From the NCBI GenBank assembly GCA_977018835.1, contig OZ361256.1, positions 1,054,001-1,118,000 on the forward strand: a DNA stretch of 64,000 nucleotides, written 5' to 3'. Positions 1 to 12,228 of this stretch are shown one piece after another (within the stretch, counting starts at the first letter, position 1; every line of letters starts with the position of its first letter). The DNA is from Minutocellus sp. GHC0000111. Lineage: Eukaryota. The notes beneath the pieces were generated by a model. The model was not told the DNA's origin, did no database searches, and was given only the letters and a program-made list of their open reading frames with translations. The position numbers and the translations under genes were made by a program.

Positions 1-2833
1 CGGCGACTACGCCATTTTTGTACCCGACAAGCTTTAGCACATTGGGTAGAAAATTCCATCCACCAAGAGTCATCTCGACCGGCCAATTCCGTAAGTTTGC
101 ATATCGATTCCTGAATTTCTGCTCTTGGACATCTTCATTGCATGTCGCTAAACGAACAGAAGAGGCTTCACTTGTGCTTCCGGCCTCTACACAAAGACCG
201 CTGGGTGTGTGGTAGAGCTGCCAATTTTACCTTGCCTCAAAGATTTGGCTAGGATCGGCAACCACGTTTCTGGCACAAGGAGTGGCCCCGACCAGCTGTC
301 CAATGCGAAAGGATGGAACCGCTTGGGTTGTAAAAGTTGCAATAGGTGCAACACTGGTCATTGCAAAGTCGTCAAACTCAATTGGGATCCAGTGGCTTGA
401 TCCGATACAACCAAAACCAGAACGGCCATCGCGAATGGCTGCGTTAGCGAAAAGTGTGTGCCCATCCAAAGCGCTGCTGGCAGCTTCGCCGCTGACGGTT
501 AGATTCAAGGTGTGCCACGTATTAGCATCGACGTCGACATCAAAGCGAGTATCACCCGATGAAATAACATCACCGTCGGGGTATCCTCCTCCATTCAAAG
601 GCCCCCCATAGGAAAGCGTCCATTTCCTTTTGAGTGGTTGGACACAGAGAATAATTCCCTCCGTGAAATACATGTTGACCCTTGCGCCAATGCAACCGGA
701 GACACTTTCATCATCTAGAGACTCTTGCGACGGTATTCGAAACTTTGCCGAAAGGCTGACGTCGTTCATTTCTGAATTCCCTATGATTGAGACAGGTCCT
801 CGAGCATTCGCTCCGTTCCCCATCCAACCTACACGTAGCGCAGGTACCATTTGTCTCATGAAATGATTTTGATTTGATGGTGAAGACAAGTCATCTCCAC
901 CGCCAACTGTTTCACTGTGGATCTCGAATGCTCCAATTTGGTCCGTGAAGTATTTGGCTTCCTGAGCATCTTCGTAGTCTTCAAAGTCATCGTAGTGCGG
1001 AAGAGGGAATTGGGTATTGGATTTGGGTACTTGCGTGTCAAAGGAACCCTTTCTCGCCGTGTCGATAGTGCTAACCGTCCAAACTTCCCCAACTTCCACC
1101 ATTACAACAAATTTTCCGTTGGAATCTACGCTCGCAGGGCCGAGATATTCAAAGTATTGGCCGTCATCTCGCTCAAAATTGCTCCTCCACTGGTGCAGGG
1201 GCTTATCTCTCACATTTTTCGGCAGATGAACGTGAAGTTGAACTCTATCGGCGTCGAATCCAGGCAAGCGGGGTCGAGTACATTCTGCGTGGTCCCTGCT
1301 TATGTTGGTGATAACAAGTGTAAAATCTTGCTTATCTGGGCTAATCAGAGCATTATAAAAACCACCCGCGGCCAATTCACCAGATCCATTCCGTACCGGT
1401 AGGTATGTCCATCCAGGTTCTGTGAATTGTGTGTAGCTGTAGCATGAAATAAATGGTAATATTATAATAAAAATAATAATAATGGAAGTGCATGGTAGGA
1501 AATGAGCGAGTCGAGTCGACAGACATTCAGAATAGGTATACATACTCTAGTCCTATCAGCAAATGAAGATACTCACTGTGCTGTTGCCCATACTACTGGC
1601 GCAGCATCATCTCTTTCATAGTAGCCAGACCATGGTTGGTCTGCCCCAAATAATGCCGAGTTGTACCAGCTGTTGTAAAATGTGATGCGGTGAAACGTTC
1701 CAGTCTGAGTCTTTCGCGGCTTTAGAAGAAGACAAATAAATCCCATACAAATGGCAAATACAATCGTAAATAGAAGCCACAGCAAACATCTTCCCAGTAC
1801 AATACTTACTTTGTCCCATGAGTATATGCCCCAACAAGGTTCCACATGATGTTGCTTGTCATTCCTGACAGGACAAAGTGTGAAGAAATCACTCTTGCCC
1901 AGCACGCAGCTCCGTTGTTGTCGGCGTATGACGACGACTCCTCCGAGCTCCAAAATGGCTTGCCCAGCTTGTGACACTCGTCATATATTCCCTCAGGATA
2001 ATCTCTTGGATAGTGAAGACCAATGGCATGGATGGCATCGTTGTATTCCGGATCGTCCCCCATCTCCCCGCACACGGATACGTCATTATCCTTGGCCACA
2101 ATCTTGGTGTTACCAAATCCTTCCTCGTCCAAAGTACGACGCAGCAACTTTGCATACGCATTCTCACCCTGTCCTGGATTGCCACATTCGTTCCATAGAC
2201 CAACGAGGTCAATATCTATCCCATGCGTGTCTCGGGCACATCGGAGCCACTCCACGATGTATTTTGCCGTAAGTTCGGGATGGGCAAACGGATTGTTCTC
2301 CTGACTGTCACCCTTCACCCAACCCGGGAAGGCCCACGGTAAGCCATACGTAATGATGTTTGGGTTACGTTTCTTGGCCTCCCGCAAGAGCCACCACTCA
2401 TACCCCCGGGTGCAGTCCAAATCATCCTCGGAATGCATGTGGCTGGATTCGGTTCCATCGGTGCTTTGAGAATCTCCCCCAATCTCCACCTTCAATATTT
2501 GAAGCGAGGCGGCGAAGTCGGGCCGGAACAGAATGTCGAGAATTTCGCTCCTCTGTGGTTCGGGATAGTCGATGAGGAGACGGGCCGTCGCTCCACCACC
2601 GCTCAGAGCGCCGATGCCATGAAAGGTCAGCTCCGGTCCGAGGGTGAAGCTGTCGCTTTGGTAGTTGGGGATGACGACATGCTGCTGTTTTGGGGGGTCG
2701 AAGGTCCCGATCCGCGGGCGTGCCGATCGCCATCTGAATCTTGTGCAGCAGCGAGGGTTGTGGAGTGGAGCAGGACGAAGCACAATGATACCAGTAGGTG
2801 ACTTGGAAGACGCGGGTCGAGTATGGTCAGCAT
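1..2833 (-). pseudogene. GALC: Galactocerebrosidase (glycoside hydrolase family 59) with C-terminal ricin-B-like lectin; disrupted; 3' end runs off the window
   Basis: GH59 motifs FHGIGALSGGGATARLLIDY, LQILKVEIGGDSQSTDGTESSHMH, RGYEWWLLREAKKRNPNI and LWNE. Two GT-AG introns join ...THGTN|WYNSALFGADQPWSG... and ...WATAH|YTQFTEPGW. The signal-peptide ORF from ATG 2833 is out of frame with the catalytic ORF near the C6/A4 run at ~2690. An in-frame TAA at 227-229 is followed by ricin-like NWQLYHTPSGLCVEA...VRLATCN. Confidence 0.85.
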
Positions 2834-2954
2834 GGTTGGAAATCAGGCTATCGAGAGTGAGAGATTATAGAGATGCACCCTTATGTGATGTTCTAATGTG
2901 AGATTCATTCGATGACGCTCAAGATAGATCGCGAGATGCACCGAGATCTTGTCG

Positions 2955-3041
2955 ATCGAGTCGACGAGTCGAGTCACGAGTCGAGTCGAGTCGAGTCGAG
3001 TCTACATGAGTCGAGTCGAGTCGAGTCCGTCGAGTCGAGTC
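2955..3041. repeat. Imperfect (GAGTC)n pentanucleotide tandem repeat
   Basis: Runs of gagtcgagtcgagtc upstream of the GH59 start. Confidence 0.85.
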
Positions 3042-3205
3042 AGTACCGGTGTTTCAATTCACGAGACGCTCTTCAACCTTCAACACGCACGTGTGTATGG
3101 TAGCAAGAGATCTAGCTAGAGTCGAGCCAAAGCGGTACTGGATCAAGTATCAAATAAATTGAGTTTGCCTTCTATTAGCTAGCTAGCTGCTACATGTAGA
3201 GTCTA

Positions 3206-4694
3206 TAGAGTGATTCCACGAGACCGCCGACAAAATCGCCATAAATAGTAAGGCACTAGGAAATTTTTTTGTGCGATACTTTATGCAGCGCAAAAATGAA
3301 CCCACTAAATTGCCTCTCTCAACACGGCGAAAGCAAGGAGAATTCATCTCCACAAGAAGGCCACCAAATGATGGTATAACGATAAATAACTCCAAGCCAA
3401 CCGATGTATACGCCAACTACATGCGTTAGGTGAGTATTGCATACTTGAAAGCAAACTCATTCGTACATCATGTGCTATTTTAGCAACATCTCCTCATGCC
3501 CAGAAATTTTCAATATTTTTTTACCCTCAAAATGGCAAAGAATGATGGCTGATGCTTGTCTACATCCATTTCAATCCTCCCTGACCGGCATTACTTTCAC
3601 TTGGGTAATATTGGGAGCAAGTTTGCGCCAGAGGGTCGATATTGGGCCCCATCTTTGTATCATTGTGGCCGTCACCATGGAAAGCAAAAACATCTGAAAG
3701 TAGCAAATCCCCAACTACAACCCCCTTCAAGCCTCAACCACTGTTCCTTCACGCACGATGCTCATTCTATATTACATCCATCGATCTCACGTGTTGGTTT
3801 GGCCGCTTTCTCCGGTTTCGTTCCTCTCGGGCGGCAGAAGCAATGAGGTGAAATCTGGTGCCGACATCAGACACGGGACTTTGGGAATAGTTTTCTCTAT
3901 GAATTGTCAAGAAATGCCACCACCCCCCACTCAAATGCGCTTGGTATATATATGGGTGAAGCGTCGACGGCTCAGTGCAACGGAAGTGGTGCATGGACCG
4001 CATAAAAGCATCCGGACCAACTTTCGGATGGGTGGTGTAATGGGGGTGGTAATGGCGCTGGGCCACATTTCGCGGTACAGGCACGCACCGACGCACCACT
4101 ATCGCCCAAAAATCCCTTCCAGTAATATTCAGGAAGGCATCTAGGTGGTCAGAGTGTATGCGATGGCCGGGGTGGTGCTGTACATCGGGCGAACATGGTC
4201 GTGATGGAACGTCGGAAACTGTCGAAAAAATCGGGTCTACGCGAACGAATTTTTCCAAGGCTCAAAAAAGTAATTGCAAGTCTCCTGCTGCACCACAGTG
4301 TTGTGAAAGGCTATTACAAGGGTATGGTGCCCCGTAGTCTTCATTGTTCTCAATGGGAGGCACGTCGGCGACACATGTTGTGGCCCCATTCGTTGAACGA
4401 AATGGGTTTTGTTTCGTTATAAAGTTTGATGTATTTTTTCTTTCTTGAAACAGCACAAGTGTTTTCTACGACATAAAAATAAATTTTCAAACAATAGTGT
4501 ACCAAAAGAAGCACTCTAATACCGTATCTATAGCATGTGCTAAAAGAGCACCAAGATCATTGTACCAACTTCCTTTTATTGTTGATTATGGTCTACAATA
4601 CCCTTCTGAGTAAGGATCATCAATAAAAGGAAGTTGGTACAATGTTTACGAAACATCGCGGAGGGGGTGTCTGCTCTCTCGTGAAATCACTCTA
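3206..4694. mobile_element. Non-autonomous TIR DNA transposon (~1.49 kb) flanked by TA
   Basis: Left end TA|TAGAGTGATTCCACGAGA and right end TCTCGTGAAATCACTCTA|TA form an 18-bp inverted repeat with 1 mismatch. No credible internal ORF. The end is ambiguous by 2 bp because of the TATA context. Confidence 0.75.
4558..4644. repeat. 87-bp inverted repeat (hairpin or mini-MITE) inside the element above
   Basis: CATTGTACCAACTTCCTTTTATTG ... CAATAAAAGGAAGTTGGTACAATG: 24 bp perfect arms, about 29 bp with one mismatch. Confidence 0.85.
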
Positions 4695-4721
4695 TATACA
4701 TACATGTAGAGCCAAAGGTCT

Positions 4722-6584
4722 CTATGCCTCGGGTGTTACATTCGCTGTGGCTTTTTCTCGGGAGTCTTCAGGCCGGACCTTTCCCGATGCAACGAGGGCA
4801 GCAACCTCGGGACTGAGCGCATTTGGTGGATCCACGACGGCCACTTCCTTCACATCATGATCTGGAGAGCTCTCATCTGACTTCTTTCCCTCGAGAGTAT
4901 GCGAGCATCGTGGAGGCTTTTGTTGTCGTCCATCTCCGGCGGTGTCAACGACGGGTTCTCGTTGGGGAAAGTAGACATCCCGTTTGCTTTCGAGGTAGCC
5001 CATCCATCGAGGCCACTTGTCCACCGTTAGATACTGCAATGATGTCTTTCCATTCTTGTCAGTTACTCGAAGGATGTCCGTTCCAACTCTATCGAGCATG
5101 GCGGTTACGATTTCGAACATGTCGTCGCTGGCAGGGGCCCAGGCAGCAAAATGGAGTGGAGTCCGACCAAAGGGGTCGGCAATCTCGAGGACGACGCCGT
5201 TGTCCAAGAATGTCTGGAAGAGCTTGACGTCCGATCGCTTGCATACCATCTGGAGTACGGAGTCGCCATGGGCATTGAAGGGGTTGGGGCTTAGGCCCGC
5301 TTGGAGGAGCTTGGATAGAGCGTCGGCGTCCGCCGTTTGCACAGCACGGAGGACGGCGACACCGTAGGACGACCTCTGCAGCGCGGTGGGTTGGGAGGGG
5401 TAACCGCAATCGAACGATGTGGCGGTCATGGTGGAATATCCCCGGCTTCGAAGAGCAGCATTCAGGTAGTCCTGGGGTGATTCGCTGGCACCACCCTTCT
5501 TCTCATGGGTGGGATTGGGCCGAGAAAGATAGTTGGTGCTCCCTACTACTTGCGTGTACGCATATTTCCTTGTACCGTCGGTACTGTCATTCTGCAGATC
5601 GACGACCTCGCTGACCTTTCTACCCAAAAGAGAAGGAATTCCGGTGGCAACGACCTTGGCTATCTTGGTCTTCTTGCTCGCCTCGGACGACAATAAATTG
5701 GGATCAGAATGTCGCTTCTTGTTCCCATTGAGACCTGGGCTGCTGCTACCGCTTCTGCTACCGCTACCCACACTGCCTCCACTAACAGCACCCTGCCGAG
5801 ATTGGTCCGCCCTGGTGTTGGTGTTGGCAACATGACTTCCCAAAACCGAAGCTGAATGTGAATCATCGGTGCCAAACGTAGCAGCAGCAGCAGGCGCCCC
5901 CATCGCGTATGTGTGAGGTGTGAGCGGCGCCGCCGAACCTTGCTGATCTTGTACCATGGTACTGTTTGGGTATGGGACGCTCATGTGCTGCTGCTGTTGT
6001 TGTTGTTGCGCATGCGCCTGGTATTGCATCATGTTGAAATTCAACTGGTGCTGGTGTTGTTGCTGCTGCTGTATCTGCTGGGTCGCCAGAGCCTCTCGCT
6101 GCGTCTTCTCCTGCAGCAGCCGGAGTTCCTGCTGCTGTGCCTCGACCTTCTTGATTTGCTCCTGAACATATAATTGTGCCCGTTCGATCTCTTCCGGCGT
6201 CTTCGGTACGCCGTCGGTCGCAGCAGCAGGGGGCGGCACACCCGATTCCATCGGGTTGCCAGGAGGGTGACAAGCAGCAGCAGCGCCGGCAGGCATCATG
6301 GGAATGTCAGCCACTCCTACTCCTAGTGCATCGTTCATCATGGCCTGTACATGCTGGCCTGCTACTGCGGTTGCGCATACAGGAGCCGGAGCCGGAGCCG
6401 GAACGGCCGCCTCATCTTTGTTGCTCCTGTGCGGTTCCGGGAACATGCTGAGGGGCATAAAGTCCGCAGAGGCGGCCAGGTCGTCGTCGCCGGGGATGGA
6501 AATCACGGAGCTCCTCCTCCGCTCCCTGCTGTGCGGTTGCACCGCCCCGTTGATCTGGGACGAGAACGAGTAGGGTGTCGTCAT
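4722..6584 (-). CDS. Ankyrin-repeat protein with Q-rich low-complexity N-terminus
   Basis: 620-aa ORF. Ankyrin motifs HGDSVLQMVCKRSD, FGRTPLHFAAW and NGKTSLQY. Paralog at 47529-49273. Confidence 0.85.
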   Translation of the reverse strand: MTTPYSFSSQINGAVQPHSRERRRSSVISIPGDDDLAASADFMPLSMFPEPHRSNKDEAAVPAPAPAPVCATAVAGQHVQAMMNDALGVGVADIPMMPAGAAAACHPPGNPMESGVPPPAAATDGVPKTPEEIERAQLYVQEQIKKVEAQQQELRLLQEKTQREALATQQIQQQQQHQHQLNFNMMQYQAHAQQQQQQQHMSVPYPNSTMVQDQQGSAAPLTPHTYAMGAPAAAATFGTDDSHSASVLGSHVANTNTRADQSRQGAVSGGSVGSGSRSGSSSPGLNGNKKRHSDPNLLSSEASKKTKIAKVVATGIPSLLGRKVSEVVDLQNDSTDGTRKYAYTQVVGSTNYLSRPNPTHEKKGGASESPQDYLNAALRSRGYSTMTATSFDCGYPSQPTALQRSSYGVAVLRAVQTADADALSKLLQAGLSPNPFNAHGDSVLQMVCKRSDVKLFQTFLDNGVVLEIADPFGRTPLHFAAWAPASDDMFEIVTAMLDRVGTDILRVTDKNGKTSLQYLTVDKWPRWMGYLESKRDVYFPQREPVVDTAGDGRQQKPPRCSHTLEGKKSDESSPDHDVKEVAVVDPPNALSPEVAALVASGKVRPEDSREKATANVTPEA

Positions 6585-7285
6585 GACGAGTTACTAGTAG
6601 GCCTCAAGTTCGCCGAGTCGAGAGCAGAGGAGGTTGATGTGTCGAGAACGAGAGAGCAGATGGGGCAGCAGCTGCCGCAGTAGTACCGAAGCACGGATGA
6701 TGACGGAAATATCGATGAGAGACTTCGTGTTTTGTATGGTTCACCATGTATATTTGGAGGAAAGTCCCAATCCGAACCAATGTTATTTTGGCCTCTCGAT
6801 CTCCGGTGGCCGCGCGGCGCCAAAAAAGGAACAATAAATGCTGGTCCTAGCTAGTCTAGCTGGCCGCAAAAAGGCTCTGCAGATTATTTTTCAATCAAAC
6901 TGGCAGCGCAGGACTGCCGTGTGATTGCTCGGATGGCGTCCGCAAAGAGGGCAACGCCGAATACGCCATCAGGCAATTATTATTTCAGGGCTGCTGACGC
7001 GTTGAAGGCGTCTCAAATTCTAAAATCGCGAGGAAGCCGAAGTGGAAAGTGGCCGCTCGCTTTCCTTTCTTCCTTTTCTGCATTTTCCTCTTTTTCATCT
7101 ACCGATGGCTCGGCGCACGGCCCACGGCCCGCCCCACGGCCCTTGGGCGGGTGCCCCCCCGCTGCCAGATACGAGCATGGTACTTATTCACTGACCTTAA
7201 CAACATGCGCGACCGTTTTTCCAGAAGCAAACGATGCTTACAGCCGCCTCGTCGCCGATCGCGATGCAGCAACAGTTTACTAATA

Positions 7286-8567
7286 ATGGCACTTAACATG
7301 ACGTCCCTCGGCATTCTGATCACGGCGCACTCTGCCCATCGAAGCCCGATAGCAGTGGCGGCGGCGGCAGCCTTCCTACCACACCACCCAAGCGTATATA
7401 CATTACCGTCCAACGCTGGGTATGTCCCAGAAGGAAGTCACAACAGGAACCAGCGTCTGCTGCTAGAAGTACGTCTGCAAGCCAAGAAATCGCGTGGAGG
7501 TAGGCGGCAATAATCATCTCGAGGAGGTACTCGTAGGGGACGGAGGCAAAAGGACCAACAAGTGGAAGAGGATGATGCTACCAACAACAACATTATTGTT
7601 AATGGCGTGTCGCGGTCGGTTCCGGCGGTGCCGCCTCCCAAGAGTTACCGGCGGACAACTCTCAGGATACGGCCTCTACACGCGGTCGCATCGCCGCAAG
7701 CAGCACAATCGTCGTCTTCGTCGCGCCCACACATTGACATTGCCATGTTTGATATCGACGATGCCGATTGGTGGGAGGCCAAGACGTTGCTTCAGGAGGC
7801 GGGGGAAAGACGACGTGGAGGAGGAGGAGATATCACAAACAGCCAGGCCTCGGACAATCCATTTGGTACTCGGGCATGGCCACCCTCTCTGGTCGTGGCG
7901 CAACTATTGGCCGGACTGCCACCGTCGAATATTATTGGGAGACCAATAGTAGAATTGGGATGCGGCACCGGACTTGTTTCGCTAACGGCGGCTGGTCTGG
8001 GTGCGAACGCTATTGCAACGGACATATCTCCACTTGTCTTGCAACTGACTCGGCGGGGTTGGAAGGAGACTATAACAGGACTGCAAAAGGCTGAGAGGAG
8101 GAGTGATGATGCAGAGGTGGGGACGTTATCAACTTCCATATTCGATGTGACTTCGAGCGACCCTCTGCCCATTGATCGATATCGTGGTCCATTAGAGCAG
8201 GCAACTACTATAGCGGGGGAGGATGATCAATTGCAGGAACAAAATGAACAACAACCTATAGTTATTGCGACGTCGGTGCTATACGAGGCGGATCTTGCCG
8301 AGGCGATGGCATAGAGTTGCTGAGGCGGCTGCCATGGGCGCCTGGGTTATCGTTGGTGACTGTGACTCGGGACAGAGAGAAGGCGGCAGGGAAAGATTTG
8401 AGTTGGAACTTGAGAAGAGGTTGAAGTCGATTCGGGCAGAAAGGGGAGGGGATGATTATGTCCAGAAGAAGATACATTGGAATCAGGCAGTGGCCAAATG
8501 TCCTGAACTCGGATGGAGAGAAAAGAACGTTCGATTGCTGCATCTGAATTCTCCTGATGGCTTCTAA
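7286..8567 (+). pseudogene. SAM-dependent protein methyltransferase (Methyltransf_16/METTL21-like), possibly plastid-targeted; disrupted
   Basis: Motifs FGTRAWPPSLVVAQLL, IVELGCGTGLVSL, ATD and SVLYE. ATG 7286 (MALNMTSLGIL...AAAAFLP) is in frame with the 7562 ORF apart from a TAA at 7511-7513. A frameshift near 8312 separates EAMA from RVAEAAAMGAWVIVGD. Confidence 0.75.
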
Positions 8568-8703
8568 AGTGCACTTATTATTTTTTCTTTTTAAATCTAC
8601 CTAGCTACAAAGGCTACCGCACTAAAATCTCAAAGTCGAAAGATTTGAGGCCGAGAATATGCATTCCGTTTCGCTTTCATTTTGCTTGCCATTTACATTT
8701 AAT

Positions 8704-9174
8704 TTATTGGGCCCTGATTTTCTTCATTTGAGATGATGATGAGTTCTGACCCACAAACACCTGGATGAGAGGGAAAAAGGCAAACAAAATCTGTCCCGAT
8801 AGTCCAACAATCTGCGGGGTCGATGATATTAGCTCATTGACAAAGTCTGCGGGCGTCTTGTCAAACGCCTGCGTCGCAAGAAGGAACTCGGCCGACATCA
8901 AAAGGCAGAATGCGATCAAACCCATGATGGATCGATCGAAGCATCCAAGAGAGATGTGTTGATTACATACAACCCAAGTCGAAGTCTTCCAGGATATGCT
9001 TAGTACTATGGGAAGCTCAATAACGACTGCAGTGAGCTCAGATTTCACTGTGCCTGTTGTCAGAGCGATGGTTCGGATGGTGCCCAAGACGAAGGCAGCC
9101 GAGAAGACAGTTGCAAAGTAAGTTGTCCCTGCGACTAACACGTGTGGATCACACTATGGACTGCTGACACTCAT
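8704..9174 (-). pseudogene. Small multi-pass membrane protein (about 4 TM, unknown function) with an early in-frame stop
   Basis: ATG 9174 reads MSVSSP*CDPHVLVAGTTYFATVFSAAFVLGTIR..., with TAG at 9156-9154. The downstream ORF has several hydrophobic helices. Confidence 0.6.
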
Positions 9175-9678
9175 TGAGACTGCAGTGGGTATGTGATTTC
9201 TACGCCGAGGATAATTGGTCATGGTGAATGAATGAGGCTCTTTGGTAGAGTTGGCTGATTGCGGTTCTTCTTGGTTCTTTCGCTTGTTTGGTTCGCATAA
9301 AGGGTTCGTAGTATATCCGGGTGTTTCTCGACTCGACTCAAACTTACTGCTTACTGGCCAGGGGAAAGATTACCCCACCCATTCTCAAGAGATCACCTCG
9401 GTTGCTGCCTTGCGCTTAAAAACGCTTCGAGAGTTCCCTTTGTTTTTCATTGTGAGTTGAATTGTTGCCTACCAACGAAAGCATGGGTCCACCATGGCGG
9501 CTCCTGTGGTCGTTTCCGTCGACGGCCGCACCACATGCATGTCCTGTGAAAGGAATGGCGGGATGGGTTATGAGCCCGTGTCGTCCCACCTGTCCTCCCT
9601 CCAAAATGCGTTGTCCTCACGTTGTACTTCGATTCCCTTTTCTATCTCTCATCGTTCAGATTTACGTATTGTATAATC

Positions 9679-10023
9679 ATGCAAGAAATCGCTGCTTTCC
9701 TTCTTTGCAAGCTCGGCGGAAAGGCCGGCTCTGCTGATGAGATCAAGGCCGTCATCGCCGCCGCTGGTGGTGAGGCCAACTAGGATGCCGTCTCTCAATT
9801 GGTCGGCGACATTGAGGGCAAGGATGTTGATGAGCTCCTCGCTGCTGGTATGGAGAAGCTGAAGGATGTGCCCATGGGTGGCGGCGGAGGCGGTGGAGGA
9901 GGAGGCGGCGGTGGCGGCGGCGGAGCTGCTGCTGAGGAAGAGGAGGAGGAGAAGGTCGAGGAAGAAGAGATGGAGGCCCCCGCTGTTGATATGTTCGGCG
10001 GCGACGATGGCGGAGACTACTAA
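9679..10023 (+). pseudogene. RPLP2: 60S acidic ribosomal protein P2 with a premature TAG at codon 35
   Basis: MQEIAAFLLCKLGG...EIKAVIAAAGGEAN*DAVSQLVGDIEGKDVDELLAAGMEKL, then a Gly hinge and an acidic tail ending DMFGGDDGGDY. TAG at 9781-9783. Confidence 0.9.
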
Positions 10024-10233
10024 AGAGGGGTTATGAATATAAAACGAAATACAGTATGCAAACCATAGCTAGAAAATTCTCACAAAATGATGAAAATGGC
10101 AACAAATCTTCTGTCCACATCCATCAGCAGGAATTTTGGGTACATGCCGTCGACACCTACTCTACAGTTGACGAATATTGACAGGGAGGTCGGCCATGCA
10201 GTTGTGTGACAGCATCACTTCTCGAATGGATAC

Positions 10234-10950
10234 TTGAATCTTATTAAGCTTCACCTTTCCTTTTCCATCCATTCATTTGCAAGCTTCCAAGAAGTGATGC
10301 TTAGACTCAAAGAGCCATCTCAGATCCCCAACATTATCGAGGCGAGGCGCTTGGCGGGTCAAGTGCTCGAACGAGCAGAAAAGGCGCCTATTTTCGTAGA
10401 AGAGACCTCGTCGATTCAACCTAAAGATGAGTGCTTGAAGAAATGCCCGTATCAGGTCTCCACTGATTCTGGTTCTTCTCCAGAGAATCAGAACGCACGG
10501 CGGCAAATTCAACGCTCATCGAAGCTTCGCCTCCTCCAAAGTGCTGTCCCTGTATTGATTTGTAATGGATGGCTTGATGCGAAAGACGTCACTCGATACG
10601 AAATGACTAGCAAAAGTACTTCGATTGATGCAAACATATGGAAGTCAATGTTTTGTCAACAACATACTTGTAGGGCCCAAAAGAAGACTGAATATCGGAG
10701 TAAACTGCTATTGCAATCTTGTAATGATGAGATGTCCTCGATGAGAAATTTCTTCCTTGGTCTTGTTACAGTTGCCATGGCATCTGCCACCCTTCTCATC
10801 TGCGCACTTAGTATTTCAGATAAGGCACGGGGTAATTCTACGACGTGGGAAAATTGGTTGGGTAGATTTGGCATTTCTTTCGGCATCATGATTTTGGTGG
10901 AAGTTATTGCTCTTCAACTCATCATCCGTTGTTCCATGGGATTGGTGTGA
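10234..10950 (+). CDS. Hypothetical protein with weak F-box-like segment and two C-terminal TM helices; 5' exon uncertain
   Basis: 238-aa ORF containing WLDAKDVTRYEMTSK...IWKSM and two hydrophobic stretches. Confidence 0.4.
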   Translation: MNLIKLHLSFSIHSFASFQEVMLRLKEPSQIPNIIEARRLAGQVLERAEKAPIFVEETSSIQPKDECLKKCPYQVSTDSGSSPENQNARRQIQRSSKLRLLQSAVPVLICNGWLDAKDVTRYEMTSKSTSIDANIWKSMFCQQHTCRAQKKTEYRSKLLLQSCNDEMSSMRNFFLGLVTVAMASATLLICALSISDKARGNSTTWENWLGRFGISFGIMILVEVIALQLIIRCSMGLV

Positions 10951-12228
10951 AATTTATCGAGGCCACTGTACAAGTAGTACATGTAGTGAACTAGATCTAT
11001 CGAGCTGATTCAGGGTCAATGTGCGATGATATTTTTGTACGTGTGTAAATTAGGAGGGCATCACATACAATTAAGAGTGTACTAGCTAGTACAAATAAAG
11101 CAGGCGATACATGTACACACACAGTGTGAACTCTAATGTATCGATATGATCAACGTGTATGTAGCGAATTGTCGTGCATGTATCTGGTCTTTGTAACACT
11201 TATCACCTAATTCCTGCTAGCTACGTAGTAGCGGCATTCTTTGCAGATTGTTAACATCTTCATCTTTCTAACTTTAACAAGTGAATTGTTGCGCATGTGT
11301 ATGTACACGCACATGCACATGCATGAAATACATGTACATGTATTTCGTACACGTACAATGCACGCGGTCGATGAACCAGGCAAGAGCGCAGCGCCACCAT
11401 CTCACTCACACCCCGTAGTTTTGCTTACTGTGCAGCTAAGAGCTACAAAATAAAGTCAATATCTACATTTGCGTCGGGGCAGAGACTATTGACTCGACAC
11501 CTAACTCGACTCTCGACTCCACTCACTCGCGCCACCGACACATCCACTAGCTAGCTACCGGTAGCTACGTAGTAGACTAGAGCTAGACTAGCGCTCTTTT
11601 TTGGAGGCCGGCTTCATTCCACTCACTGTTCGAACATGCGCGCCTTCTGCTGCTATTGCTGAGCGCCAAGGCAGGCCGAATTCCACAGCCGGTGGGGCAG
11701 AAGACAGATGGCGCGGCGCACAGTCTCTTCCCCAAGAGCATTTCTTGCGCCTTTCCAATGGCATAAGAAATTTAAGAGGGCGCTGTCCATAACTTTTAGG
11801 AAGCCCCCAAAAAGCGTGTTTTGTGCCGTTTTTTCTTCGCACCATCGCCAAAGTTAGCACTCCAACGTGACAATGGGCTCCTCATCGAAGGCCGCCGCTC
11901 TCCAATCGACGTTCCTTTCAGCATTAAGTCGGAAATCCCTCCAGGAACACTTGGTTCAGAGGAACTTCGATGAATCAACTCTCCCTCAGAAACACAACAG
12001 TCGACGCACACATCATCGTCGGATCGACCGAAATTAGTCTCGGCCGACGCATGACCAGCATTGGTGGTGCTGGTGGGAAGATATCTTGAAGTTTTGCTGT
12101 TGGGAGGTAAGGGGATATTTGTTTGGGGTATTTTTGCACGTCTCCCTCATTTGGGGTTCTTTTTGTAAGGTTCTCATCGAAAAGCGCATCTTGCGCCAGC
12201 AGAGCCGACACAAAACAAAAAAACAACC

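Noticed and set aside
3758..4422. ORFs inside the 1.5-kb TIR element
   Set aside because: No transposase or other motifs; they do not look coding.
227..10023. Stop-codon reassignment (TAA/TAG read as sense) to explain the in-frame stops
   Set aside because: TAA and TAG end intact genes here (PHYLLO, nicotinamidase, cofilin, NFU). Long conserved ORFs contain none internally, and the affected genes also carry frameshifts.
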